The position numbers and the translations under genes were made by a program. The notes beneath the pieces were generated by a model. It did not search any database. It was given only the letters and a program-made list of their open reading frames with translations, and had not been told where the DNA came from. From Octopus vulgaris (taxonomy: Eukaryota), in NCBI GenBank assembly GCA_951406725.2, contig OX597815.1:119102001-119166000 (forward strand): a stretch of 64,000 nucleotides of DNA, given 5' to 3'. Positions 13,650 through 26,281 of the stretch are shown one piece after another (the stretch's first letter is position 1; every line of letters begins with the position of its first letter).

Positions 13650-14120
13650 TGCAATAAACTGTTGACAGTCAAGAAGCTCATGGTAATTGTTCATCTGTGA
13701 TTGTAGACACCTAATAAATATAGCTTCTTTAACATGTAAGTTACTGCTGTGTCTGTCAAAGAATTTGATAGAAACTTTAACTTCTGCATTCTGGCAGCTG
13801 TCAAGATATCTTTTAACAGACAAGGCTGCTCTTAGACGTGTATATATAACCTAGATGGTGCTACCAATATGAATCCTGTTTGATTTTACACGTTCAGTAA
13901 AGTGCACAGGACACCATATAAACTCTAAAGTATCTACAGACATTCCTATTTGAGCAATGTACATATTCTCTGTCTGTTTTGTCTCTTGGTTATTAACAGA
14001 AGCTGTAATATTGGCAATCTAGCTTCTTCTACCTTGCTACTTTTATTTCCAATATGATTGATTTTATTATTGATGTACACTGATTTAGTTCTAGTTAGCA
14101 AAGTCAATTTGTAAAGGCTG
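13650..14120 (-). pseudogene. Penelope-like element GIY-YIG endonuclease relic (left arm)
   Basis: Minus-strand translation VYMVSC...HIGSTI*VIYTRL..LSVKRYLDSC...NLHVKEAIFIRCLQSQMN matches the PLE pattern VYxIxC..YIGxT..R...KEAxxI...PxxN. Confidence 0.75.
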
Positions 14121-14249
14121 AATACATCTTTATGGAGTGAGAGAGAAGAAAAAAATTACCAATTTGGGTTCTACAATCTACTGAGATGAAATGGATATTC
14201 AGAAATCTTTCTGAAAATAGGGTCAGAAAGGAGGGGCAAAAATTCAGGC

Positions 14250-14670
14250 TTCCTAAATTTATGAACCTTGCTACATCAGGATAAATTTCTTTAGCTGTCA
14301 TCAATGCATTTAGAAAAAAGAAAATGTACCCAGTTTGGCTCATTTAAAAAAGAAAGTTACTTGTTCAAAAGACTGATTCTGAAGGAATATACATACATTT
14401 TGGCAATTCTTTGAAATGGAAATACCAATAAATGCTTCACAGTTTACATTATAGAATGCATCAACAGGAGCAAGTTTTACATAGGTAGCACTATCTGTGT
14501 ATTGCATATGCACATAGATATGGTAGCTTTGTCTGTTAAAAGGTATCTCAACGGCTACCAGAATGCCGATATTGTGGTTTCTATCAAGGTTGATTATAGA
14601 AGCAATTCTTATAAAGCAGCTGCAGCTGCTGATTAACCACAAGTTTCTCAACTGTCAACAGTTTATTACA
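14250..14670 (+). pseudogene. Penelope-like element GIY-YIG endonuclease relic (right arm)
   Basis: Frame from 14415: NGNTNKCFTVYIIECINRSKFYIGSTICVLHMHIDMVALSVKRYLNG; the upstream frameshifted segment contains AVINAFRK, resembling the PLE RT-EN linker. Confidence 0.75.
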
Positions 14671-15412
14671 TAATTTGCATCATTGTCATGCTGTGCATCT
14701 CGGCTCGTTTTCTAACTGTTTTCATGTTGTTTATAGTTTATCTGTCATTTCAAGATTAAAGGTTATTAAAGCAACATATTGAATAAATTAATTTTTCTTC
14801 ACACTCTCAATTGTTAAGTGGCTTTTATTACCTTCTTACTTCTATTCCGAAATGACAATGCGCCAAGTGAATTCACAAGGAATTTTGCTTTTCTTTCCAG
14901 TTTGCATTTGTTTAAGCTGAGAAAACTTTTTATTTTGTCTTTTGTTCTATTATTTCCCTTAAAAGAGTGTTGACTTACTCTAGAATACTTGATTTCTTAA
15001 ACAATGTATAGTCATCCATACCTGTGATAATACCTATGTTATAACAGCTGTTGACTTTTTCTAGATATTTGTAATTTTCATATTGAAAGTAGTTAATTGC
15101 ACCTCTCTTGAAATCTATGCAATATTATATGGCTTTTTAGTTTCATATTCACAAAATATTCACTGAAATATCTATTGTGTTTATTCTTTTTTTTCTTTTT
15201 TTTTTGTATTGTTACTCAACTTTTAAATGCCTGTTATTGGATAGAGATGTTTCTCTATGAAAGACATTTGACAAAAATCAATAGTGGTTGTTTTGGCCAA
15301 TGTCTTCTTTTGTATTTTGTTTTAGTTTGCTTTTTTTGTTTTTACTATAAGTTACTTTGCAATGTCTAATATTGTTAGTTAATATTATCACTGTTCATAT
15401 TATTTCATTTTC

Positions 15413-15581
<169 letters not shown>

Positions 15582-15883
15582 TACATACCTATATTTCATT
15601 GTTAGTCTAATGAGCAGGATCAGTGCTTGTGGCATTCTAAGGCTCTCTGATATTGTGGAAGTATAATGGTTGGGTATGATAGTGCAGTTGGTGTTTAATT
15701 TGATTACTTGCAGGTCAGTAATTACACATGTATAGGGATCCCACTTTTGTGTATATTAGGGAATTCTAGAGAAAAGAGAGAACAAAGTTGTAACTGAATC
15801 ATGTGATTCGAAGTTTATTCATTATAACAGAGAGAGAGAGACCACTTAGTATTGATGGTGGTGATGATAGCAGCAGCAGCAAC

Positions 15884-15920
<37 letters not shown>

Positions 15921-16003
15921 CAAAGCTCATCATTAGACCGAGTGTAATAGGGTTGTGAGTATGTATCTGTATATGAAATTAGATAGGTTTCTGTTGGCGA
16001 AAT

Positions 16004-16257
16004 CAGTGGTTCTCAGTTGGAGTCCAAATAGTCCTTTGGGGTCCATATAAGATTTTATTAAAGTTTATGTGTAATAAATTGATTATACTCCTATAATACA
16101 CAAATGTCTTAATTTTTTTAATAGAATTCCTAATAATATTCAATTATAAAAATATAATAGGATTTTTATTTATATGCATTGAATGGTTATAGAGGTCCAG
16201 TAGAATAAAATAGGAACGAAAGGAGTCCATAGGGGGAAAAATGGTTGCGAATCACTG
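16004..16257. mobile_element. hAT-like MITE in the right arm of H1
   Basis: TIRs CAGTGGTTCTCAG ... GGTTGCGAATCACTG. Confidence 0.65.
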
Positions 16258-16420
16258 GGTTAGCTCATGAGTGCAGCTAACAATTGGTTGTGGAACCATC
16301 CTAAAAGTGCCAACAGTTTTCAGTTTATTTAGATGTATATTTGTGCCTTGTAAAGGATTAGCAACAGAAATGCTTTGTAGAATATTTCAATTCATTATTC
16401 TTTGCTTCTGTCTGTTTGTA

Positions 16421-16452
<32 letters not shown>

Positions 16453-16961
16453 GCTGTGATAAATATAATCACCAAGAAACACGTTTTTTAAGTGCAGAAG
16501 AAAAATATCTCTTGAAGTAGATAATTATAGACACTAATGGTATTTCACCGATTTCAAGATGGTCAATTCAGCCATTAAAACACCAAGTCCTCATAAATGT
16601 TCGCCAAGATTAAAAGAAATTATTAAAAATCAAAAACTTGTTGTAGAGAAGTGATGGGAGAGGTGGGGGTGGCAGGGAGAGAGAAAGAAAAAAGTTTCTA
16701 CAAAATGAATGATATTGCTCTAAGGAAGCAAAACAGTTTCAGAGTTTTGATTGTTTCTTAAAAGCGTAGAATTTTCTATTCTTTATAATCCTATTTATCA
16801 TGTTCTATACACACACACACACACACACACATACACACACATATATGTGTATGTATACTATTTTTGTTTAACCTGAGATTATTTTTTCTAAAACAATTCT
16901 CCTTAATGAAAATCCTATTCTTCATCCAACTTTATAAGTGTGTGCATATATATATATATAT

Positions 16962-17024
<63 letters not shown>

Positions 17025-18286
17025 CATATATATAACTATGCAACACTTTCTTTATTGGCTTACTATTTTAATACTTTATAGATCTAGGGACACTATTTTA
17101 ATGGACACCGTTTTAACACTTTTGATCTTTATCATAATTTAACATGTGTTGAATGGTCTGGATTTAGTTGGAGTCTCCTAATCTCATCTCCACCATCCTT
17201 TCTCCCTTTCCTGCTGGAGTATCCATATATCCCCCCTACAGATAGATACTTGTTCCTGTCCCTCTTTCATAGTTCAGCCTTCCAACACCAGGCACAAAGC
17301 TGCCTCCATAAATACTGCATCTTGTCTTGTGAGTTACTTGGTGACATTACTAGTTCTGCTGTCATGAGAAGAGTACCGAATGTATTCTGTAAAGTAGTTA
17401 GTGTTAATAAGAGCATCTCACCAAAAAAACCTTTCCAAAGCAGATGTTGAAGACCAACACAGCTCTCAAGTGAGTAAAAATCTACCAAACCATCCAAGTC
17501 ATGTTAGCATCGAATACCGACATTAAATTATGATGATGACATCACTAATACTTATTACTCTGTTCTTAATTCCAAAGAGATGAGTACCAATAGATGTATA
17601 ATTAAGTTGAAACTATTAAAAAAGGGAGTTTCAAGACTGCCTTGATGATATGTACACCAAGATTCTTATGAGGCTCTAAGCATCTCCTGGTATGAACACA
17701 AGACCAAAGAGGAAATTTACTGACACCTTACACCTTTGCTATTGTTGCTCAATGCAGGCCAGATTTGCTGACCACTGTTATTGTGTTGAATACTGGGACA
17801 TGACAGATGTTATATCTTGGTGACTTCTACAGCAGAATAAAGAATGAAGGCTGTTCATTTACACTGATGTCGTTGATAGATATGCAGTTCTCTACCAAAT
17901 TTTCTGTATAAATTTTGTTGAAAATTGACAATCTTTCAAAGCCAATGGCTAACAAGGAAGCCTAGCACAGCATGCATTGTGAATCATCATCCATCTTGGT
18001 TGCAGCTTCTAGAAGACAACGAAATGGATGTTAACATATTTAATGTATGAAACCCCACCAAATTTTAATCAATTTCAATTACACTTGTAATAAAAAAGAC
18101 AAGTTATTAGAGTTAATGAAAATTTTTGCCAAAAGCAAAGGAAGCAACACGAATCTGTTTGACTCAAAAAATTAAATTCATCAAATAGAGATTGAATGTT
18201 ATATGTAATAAATATGGTCACAACTCCAGATATTTTCCAGTTTTATTAGAACTGTCCAGCAAAGTATAAACTTACGTTTACATATA

Positions 18287-18442
18287 GGCGCAGGAGTGGC
18301 TGTGTGGTAAGTAGCTTGCTTACCAACCACATGGTTCCGGGTTCATTCCCACTGCATGGCAAGTGTCTTCTACTATAGCCTCAGGCTGACCAAAGCCTTG
18401 TGAGTGAATTTGGTAGACGAAAACTGAAAGAAACCCGTCATA

Positions 18443-18505
<63 letters not shown>

Positions 18506-18712
18506 ATGTTTGTATGTCTGTGTTTGTCCCCCCAACATCACTTGACAACTGATGGTGGTGTGTTTACGTCCCCCGTAACTTAGCGGTTTGGCAAAAGAGA
18601 CTGATTGAATAAGTACCAGGCTTACAAAAAATAAGTCCTGGGGTCGATTTGCTCGACTAAAGGCGGTGCTCCAGCGTGGTCACAGTCAAATGACTGAAAC
18701 AAGTAAAAGAGT
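18287..18712 (+). mobile_element. CORE-type tRNA SINE
   Basis: Homologous to 31-430. Confidence 0.85.
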
Positions 18713-19441
18713 TTATCAGATCTTAGAATAACTGTAACAATGAATGGATTTTTTGATAAAGAAAAAAGGAGACAAACGTTTTCTGATTAAATAATTTAAG
18801 ATAATTTTGTCTATTAATTATCATTTCAATAATATCATTAAAATAATAACGCTGAAAAAGTTTTCTAGGGATGCCTTCTGCTTCAAGAACATATACTTTA
18901 AGTACAGGCTAACATTCTTAAGAAAAATGAATAGTAGACAAAATTTTATTGATGATGGAAAGAAGCATCATAAAATGTTAAGCATAATGTTTCTTTTCTT
19001 TTTTTATATATATTTTTGTTTTTTACATTAAAAAGCTGTATTTCATAATGCTTGATATTTTTGATCATCATTATCTTTCTGAGACCAGCACTGGCAGTCT
19101 TTGAAGTTTTGTTCTAGACATTCCAGCAGCCAGCAATTTGCCACTGATACCTGTCCTCTGTCACATATACATACATACATGTGTGTGTGTGTGTATAAGT
19201 GATAGAAAAAAGCAAACTTTCAACTCCTATTGTTTTTTTTTTCTTCATTTTCCCCCACAATTTTACATCTATTTTTCCATGCATGAGTTGGAATGTATAT
19301 TTTTGAGGATCAGTTGTATTTACAACCTGTGAATCTTGCTACCACTAACATCTTCAACATGATGTTGTAATATTAATGATAATTTTTGCCGAAGGCAATG
19401 GATATGTGGATTGAGCAAGCTTCTTCACCAAGAAATCTGCA

Positions 19442-19503
<62 letters not shown>

Positions 19504-20389
19504 AGTAAAGAGCAGGAAAGGGTAAATTTCACATATGATTTATAATATAATTGCTTTTGACAGCTGTTTCAATGGAATAAAAACTGCATCATTCGTATAA
19601 TCATAATTAACATAGATAATTAATTTAAATGTAATGGGTTGTTCATTTCATCTGGAGAAAAAGATGAAAAATAGAAATCAAATTTTGTTTTTCTTTGGTC
19701 TCTACACATGCACAGTTGTACTTACGGGGCTTGAACAACCCAAGCGGCAATAACAACGAAGTGTGTCCTTCTGCTTTTTACAAACATTCACATACATGCA
19801 TTCACTCACTTTGTATGCATTAATGATGGAAGAAACACACACAGATCCAAAGAAAACTACCAGCACACACACACACATATACACACAGTCATATATATTT
19901 AGCCCAGGCAGCGCAACAAAATATATACCTCCATATTCTTGATATATATGTATCACCAACACCACTACCATCATTTTAGTGTCAAATGAAATTTTTGTAA
20001 GGCAGACTTTCTTTAGCTTGATGCTCTTCCTGTTGCTAACTCTCACTTTTTACCAAGCAAGGTGATATTTCCCTTAGTCCTTTGAACACACACAGTATCA
20101 TGACCAAACATATTTTTATGGAAGATTGCAAATGAACAACACTGCTTGTATGAGAGTGACAGTTGTTTTACAATTAGCATGCAATGTCAAGATAAGGGTA
20201 CACACATATGTATGACAAGCATTTTTAAGCTTCCAAATATCAGATCTACTCACAAGCCTCTAGTTACATTGGAGCTGTAGTAGGAAACACTTGTCAAAGC
20301 AGCTCTGCAATGGGACTGAACTCAAAGCCACAAGGATGTAAAGTGAACTTCTTAATCATACAAACATGCCTGCATCTCTCTCACATATG

Positions 20390-20447
<58 letters not shown>

Positions 20448-20448
20448 A

Positions 20449-21691
20449 CAGGAGTTGGACAAAATAATGGAAACACCTAGCATCATAGCATCATGATTTT
20501 GAAATATCTATAAAACCGTCAAAAGCTTGTTTATTTTTATGTTTTTTTTTATTCATTATTAGTATTGCTTAATATGTTTTGCTAAAATTGCTGTTCCTTT
20601 TCAGATATCATCAGAAAAAGGTAATTAAAAGTCATTAAAATGACAGATCTATCGGACTTTCAAAGAGATAAAATTGTTGGTGTTCGTATGACAGGCACTA
20701 GTGTAAAAAAAAACAGCTGAAATGTTTGGTGTATCAAGAAGTACTGTCTCCAAAGTAATGACAGCCTTTGAGAAAGAGAGGAAAACCCTCTCGTCAAAAC
20801 CAAACTTCGGAAGAAAACCAAAACTTTCAGACAAGGACCGTTGGACTCTTACGCAAATTGTTAGACAGGATCACAAAAGTACAGCTCCCAAAATTACTGC
20901 AGATCTTAACGACCACCTAGAGAACCCAGTTTCCACAAAAACTATTCACCAGGAGCTGCACAAAGCCAGATTTCATGGGAGGGCTGCAATCAGAAAACCA
21001 CTACTTTCAAAAACAAATTCTGCAAAGCATTTAGAGTAGAGTACAAAATTGGCCCCTAGAGCAGTGGAAGAATGTTATTTTCTCAGGCAAGTCATCCTTT
21101 ACCTTATTCCGACCACGAGCCGAGTTTACATGTGGAGACAGCCAAAAGAAACATTTGACCCAGACTGCCTTCTTCCAACTGTTAAACACGGAGGAGGATC
21201 TGTGATGATCTGGGGGGTTATATCTTGGAAATCTGCTGGCCCAATGGTTTCCCTTCATGGCAGAATTAATAGTCAGAACTATTTAAGCATTTTATCTGAT
21301 CAAATTCATCCTATAGTTGTGGACTGTTTCCGGAGGGAAACACAATCTTACAGGATGATAATGCACCAATTCACACCGCTAAAGTTGTTACTGAATGGCA
21401 TGAGGAACATTCTAGTGAAGTTGAGCATTTTATCTGGCCATCACAGTCCCCGGATCTCAGTATTATTAAACATTTATGGTGCATGTTAGAAAAACAAGTA
21501 AGGAGTCTATATTCTCCACCATCATCACTACAAGAACTGGAGACTGTTTTAGCTGAAGAATGGACAAAAATTCCTTTGGAAACTATTCAAACTTTGTATG
21601 AAGCCATACCTCGTAGAATTCAAAGCAGTTCTATATTAAAATAAATTTGTTTGAAATTTTAAGGGGTTTCCATTATTTTGTCCAACCCCTG
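20449..21691 (+). mobile_element. full-length Tc1-like transposon in a (TA)n tract
   Basis: TIRs CAGGAGTTGGACAAAATAATGGAAAC / GTTTCCATTATTTTGTCCAACCCCTG flanked by TA. Confidence 0.92.
20640..21640 (+). pseudogene. Tc1 DD34E transposase, frameshifted
   Basis: HTH GVSRSTVSKV, GRKPKL, TVKHGGGSVMIWG, QDDNAPIH and WPSQSPDLSII spread over several frames. Confidence 0.92.
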
Positions 21692-22501
21692 TATATATAT
21701 ATATATATTCCTGTATGTATATACACACACATACACATATATATATCTACTGGTAATACGTCGATTATGACTGGCAGGGGAGCTAGTCAGGGGGTACTGG
21801 CATCAGCCATGTTTGGATGGTGCTTTTTACATGCCACACCAATCACATTTAGATAGTACTTTTTACGTGCCACCAGCACAGGAGCTAGTCAGGCGGACCT
21901 GGCATCAACCACGTTTGGATGGTGCTTTTTACATGCCACTGGGACAGTATATATATATATATATGAAATCACCCAATCACATGTTCCCTCTCTCTTTTGC
22001 CCCCTCCTCTCCCATCCCTCTCCTCTCTACTATATCATTATTACTGTTTTACTGATTTTCACCCATCTTTTTCCTGCACTATCAGTCATCTACTTTGCCG
22101 TACAATTCACAGAAATCAAAGGTCACCCTGACACCTCATCATTATTATTCTTTTGTCTTTCCCAGCTCCTCCCTGGTTTTCTACAGCAAGAAACCCATTC
22201 TATCCTGACCTTTTCTCTTATACTTTAATCCCTCATCTCCTAGCATAAAGCCAGCTACATCTCTATTGTAGTTCCACTCAGTCAAAGGTGATGTTAACCT
22301 TACAAGCTGCATGGTGATCTTACTCTCACTTGTATAACAATAAAATTACCCAGCATGCACTGTAAAGTGGTTGGCATTAGGAATAGCATCCAGCTGTAGA
22401 AATCATGTCTATGCAGGCATTGGAGTATGATGCATGCCTCAGACCTATCAAGTCATCCAGCCTATGGACATTAAATAATGATGATGAAGATGATATATAT
22501 A

Positions 22502-22726
22502 GGCTCAGGTGGGGCTGTGTGGCAAAAGCTGCCTTCTTAATCACATGGTTCTAGGTTCAGTCCCACTGTGTGGCACCTTGGGCAAGTGTCTTCTACAATA
22601 ACCTTGGGTTGACTAAAGTCTTGAGAGTGGAGTTGGTTAACAAAGACTGAAAGAAACCTGTCATATATATCATCACCATCATCGTTTAACGTCCACTTTC
22701 CATGTTAAATGATGATGATGATGATG

Positions 22727-22787
<61 letters not shown>

Positions 22788-22980
22788 CTTTGTCATCTTG
22801 ACAACTGGTGTTGGTGTGTTTATGTTCCTGTAACTTAACAGTTCAGCAAAATAGATAAGTAGAATAAGTACCAGGCTGAAAAGAAAAGTACTGGGGTTGA
22901 TTTGTTTTGATTAAGAATTCTTCAAGGTAGTGCTCCAGCATGGCCACAATCTAACGACTGAAACAAGTAAAAGGTAAAAG
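22502..22980 (+). mobile_element. CORE-type tRNA SINE, diverged
   Basis: Homologous to 31-430, with a small internal insertion. Confidence 0.8.
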
Positions 22981-24081
22981 AATATATAAATTGTTATACT
23001 TCAAGATTGAACCCAGTAAGCCTATAAACTCTCCCATCCATTGGTATTTGCCTAGAATCCTTTTTCTTTTTTCTTTTTTAAAGCATTCCTTCATTTATAT
23101 CTGTTCCTTCAAATATTTTTTTCGACACTGACATGTGGTCTGTTCAGTGGATATATATTTTCAAATACACTTTCTCCTCAACTTACCACTGAGTTCCATT
23201 CCAACTGACTGGTCGTAAGTCGATCTGGTTGTATGTCGGATTTATATTTTTCAACACTATTTTCATTCAAACGCAGCTGATACTTGAAAGTGACTGAGTG
23301 AAAGACAGTGGCAGGCAGTGGATGCTTGGGTCTGAGGGAGGCCTGCGTTGCCAGTTGCTGCCATAGTTATCGAACGCACCACTGCCCATCATCCAAAAAT
23401 CGATTTTTAAATTTATTTATTTGTTTTTTTTATTTCCTATTTTTTGTGGTCATAATTGCAGATGGTCGTAAGTCACATAGAAAGTGTAGTAAAGAACGTA
23501 TACCCTTTGTTTACGGATTTGTTGACAAGAGAAGTGGCTCCTCCATCAACAAATTGTCTGATTGCTTTATGTTTTAATAGATTTGTGTAATATGAGATCC
23601 CTTACTTAAAGAAAAAAGAAAACAAGAAGGGCATCAATGTGTGTGAGTGTGTGTGTGAGTGTACTTCTGGTATTTACTCATGAAACAAATATATTTCTGA
23701 AAAATACTTTTCAAAATTTTTTGGTAGATATACTTGATACGTTCTTGGGCTTCATTAAAAAAAAAAAGAAAAGAATATTGTGCCTTCATAATTTTGACTA
23801 GTAACGTTTAATCACTCAAATTTCAAACTTTACAACTTAGTTTTCAATATCTGCGTGAATTAGTTTGACTGGGAAGGAGGAGAGATACAATGTATACACA
23901 CACACACACACACAATGCTAGTGCCATGTCAAAAGCACCTAGTACACTCTGTAAAGTGGTTGGTATTAGGAATGGGCATCCAGCTGTAGAAACCATGTCA
24001 AAATAGACAATTGAAGCCTGGTGCAACACTCCAGCTGGCCAGCTCCTGCCAAACTGTCCAGCCCATGCCAGCATGAAAAAC

Positions 24082-24427
24082 GGCAAAGCAGATCCCAATA
24101 TTTTATTTGAATACTCTCAACATTTTTCTAACAATAGCAATATGTTGGTGTTAGGAAGGGCATCCGGCTGTAGAAACCATCCAAAATAGACACTGGGGCA
24201 TGATGCAGTCCTTGAACAAATCATCATCTTCATCATTTAATATCTGTGTTCTTTCCTGGCATGGGTTGGATGGTTTGACAGGATCTGATGTGTTTAAGGA
24301 CTGCATCATGTTCCAGTGTCTGTTTTGGATGGTTTCTACAGCCAGATGCCCTTCCTACCACCAACATATTGCTATTGTTAGATAAATGTTGAGAGTATTC
24401 ACATGAAATATTGGGATCTGCTTTGCC
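24082..24427. repeat. local fold-back with about 140-bp arms
   Basis: 24082-24223 is the reverse complement of 24286-24427 at roughly 90% identity. Confidence 0.9.
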
Positions 24428-24495
24428 TCTAATTTGGTAAAATTCTACCAACTCCATGCAGTAGTTTATCAATTTGGTTGATAAATTGCTATATT

Positions 24496-24711
24496 CTTTT
24501 CTACTCTAGGCACAAGGCCTGAAATTTTGGGGGAGGGGGCCAGTCGATTATATCGACCTCAGTACACAACTGATACTTAATTTATCAACCCTGAAAGGAT
24601 GAACGGCAAAGTCGACCTCGGCAGAATTTGAACTCAGAACATAAAGACAGACGAAATACCGCTAAGCATTTTGTTCAGCGTGCTAATGTTTCTGCCAAGC
24701 TTGCCACCTTA
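24496..24711 (-). mobile_element. SINE with 15-bp target-site duplication
   Basis: ATAAATTGCTATATT at 24481-24495 and 24712-24726; B-box-like GAGTTCAAATTC on the minus strand. Confidence 0.85.
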
Positions 24712-26099
24712 ATAAATTGCTATATTGATTAACAACTATCATAGAAATTACAATTTAAAAGCAATGTAGCTGAAAACCTGTAATATACCATTTTTATATT
24801 AACTGGCTTCTCTACTTACACTATAAATGATTATTTATTTTATATGCAGGAAACAGTAACTTTTCTAGTGGGATGAATTTCAAATTAATTTTTGTTAATT
24901 TAAGTTGTTTAATTACTTCCCACTTGATAATTAACCTCATCATCTATCTGTTTTTGGAGCAGATGTAAAAGTAAGAAAAACACCCTGGATACAAAAACTG
25001 CTATAATTAGTCTTTAGAATATGTGTTGAATCTCTAAGTAAAATCTTATTCCATTTTACTGAAGTGTTTTTCTGTAGCCCCAATACACCATATTGTGGCT
25101 TTGGCTACAATGCAGGCATGGCTATGTAGCTAAAATGTTTACTGGTTTTTTGGTGCAGTTCCATTGTTGCATCTTTGGCAAGTGTTTTCTGCTATAGTCC
25201 CTAGTTGACCAGTGCTTTTTGAGTGGAATTAGAAGGCTGAAACTGTATGGAAGCCTATTGTGTGTGTGTGATGCACTCCTTGGCTTTGCTTGTCACCACT
25301 TCAGCAAAATAGGGATATGATGCTTACATTCCTTGTTGACACTATGACCATGAATACACTCTTGAATACCAGTGGAATGCAAAAATAAATAGATAAGTAA
25401 AACCTCTTGTTTGAAAAGCGGTTGTTGACACAGGAAGGGCATCAGGTCATGAAATGCTGCCTTAAGTGCCTTTCCTGTGCCATCAACCCTAACCCATGGT
25501 AGCATGGCAAAATGAACATTAAACCTATAACCAAGGAATAAATAATGTATATTACAGAAACTTTGGAATTGAGAGAATAATGTTTAATTGTATTAGCAAC
25601 ATTCTAATATAAATCTATACCAATACAATACTGATGTTATCTTAACATATTTTGAAGTTAGTTGTTATTTTTAATACATAATGAAGCTTATATTCAATGA
25701 CATGATAGTTTTACTAATGACATCTTTCACAGTCCACTGCTATTATGTTTTAGTGACAATTTAATATATTAATCATCCTGGCTACTACCAATTCAACATA
25801 TATATTTTTCTTCTTTTTCATGTTTGTATATATGTTTGACAGCGTTGTAAGGTAACATTTTTTTGGCATAGCAACTCATGTTATATTGTGATGATAATAA
25901 CATTATATAACAGAGATACCTATACCAACAACAATTTATACTAGAAATGTCTTGTTTTGTCAAAGGTATGTTAGCACAGTGAAAATATCTTCTAAACAAT
26001 TATGTTCTATATCATGTTTATATCAATAATGGTGACATGTCTGAAGTAATTCAGTCAAGCCTGTCAGACTCACCATTAGGAAGAAACAGTAGTTATGTC

Positions 26100-26281
26100 C
26101 AAATAGAAAATATTCTGTAGCAATGCTAAGATAAAAGAACAAAATTTTCCTCTCAAAGTTGGATCAGCTTACATCAATATATTGATTTTTCCTCGCTTTC
26201 TTCCAATCAGGCATTTCTAGTGAATTCTCAAAAGTTGGTTGAAATTACACTTCTCTTTTGTGAAAGACTTCTTGCATATTA
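26100..26281. repeat. diverged direct repeat, copy 1 (copy 2 at 33222-33408)
   Basis: Shared AGAAAATATTCTGTAG and GGATCAGCTTACATCAATATATTGATTTTTC. Confidence 0.9.

Noticed and set aside
13741-13853. + strand LRR-like peptide LLLCLSKNLIETLTSAFWQL
   Set aside because: It is the antisense of the GIY-YIG frame, a single unit, with a stop in the partner arm.
23330-23380. 5.8S rRNA-like words GTCTGAGGG and TCGAACGCAC
   Set aside because: Too short and in the wrong order.
26215-26281. C2H2-like reading ICKKSFTKEKCNFNQLLRIH on the minus strand
   Set aside because: It lacks the first Cys and one His, the spacing is wrong, and it is not kept in the second copy.
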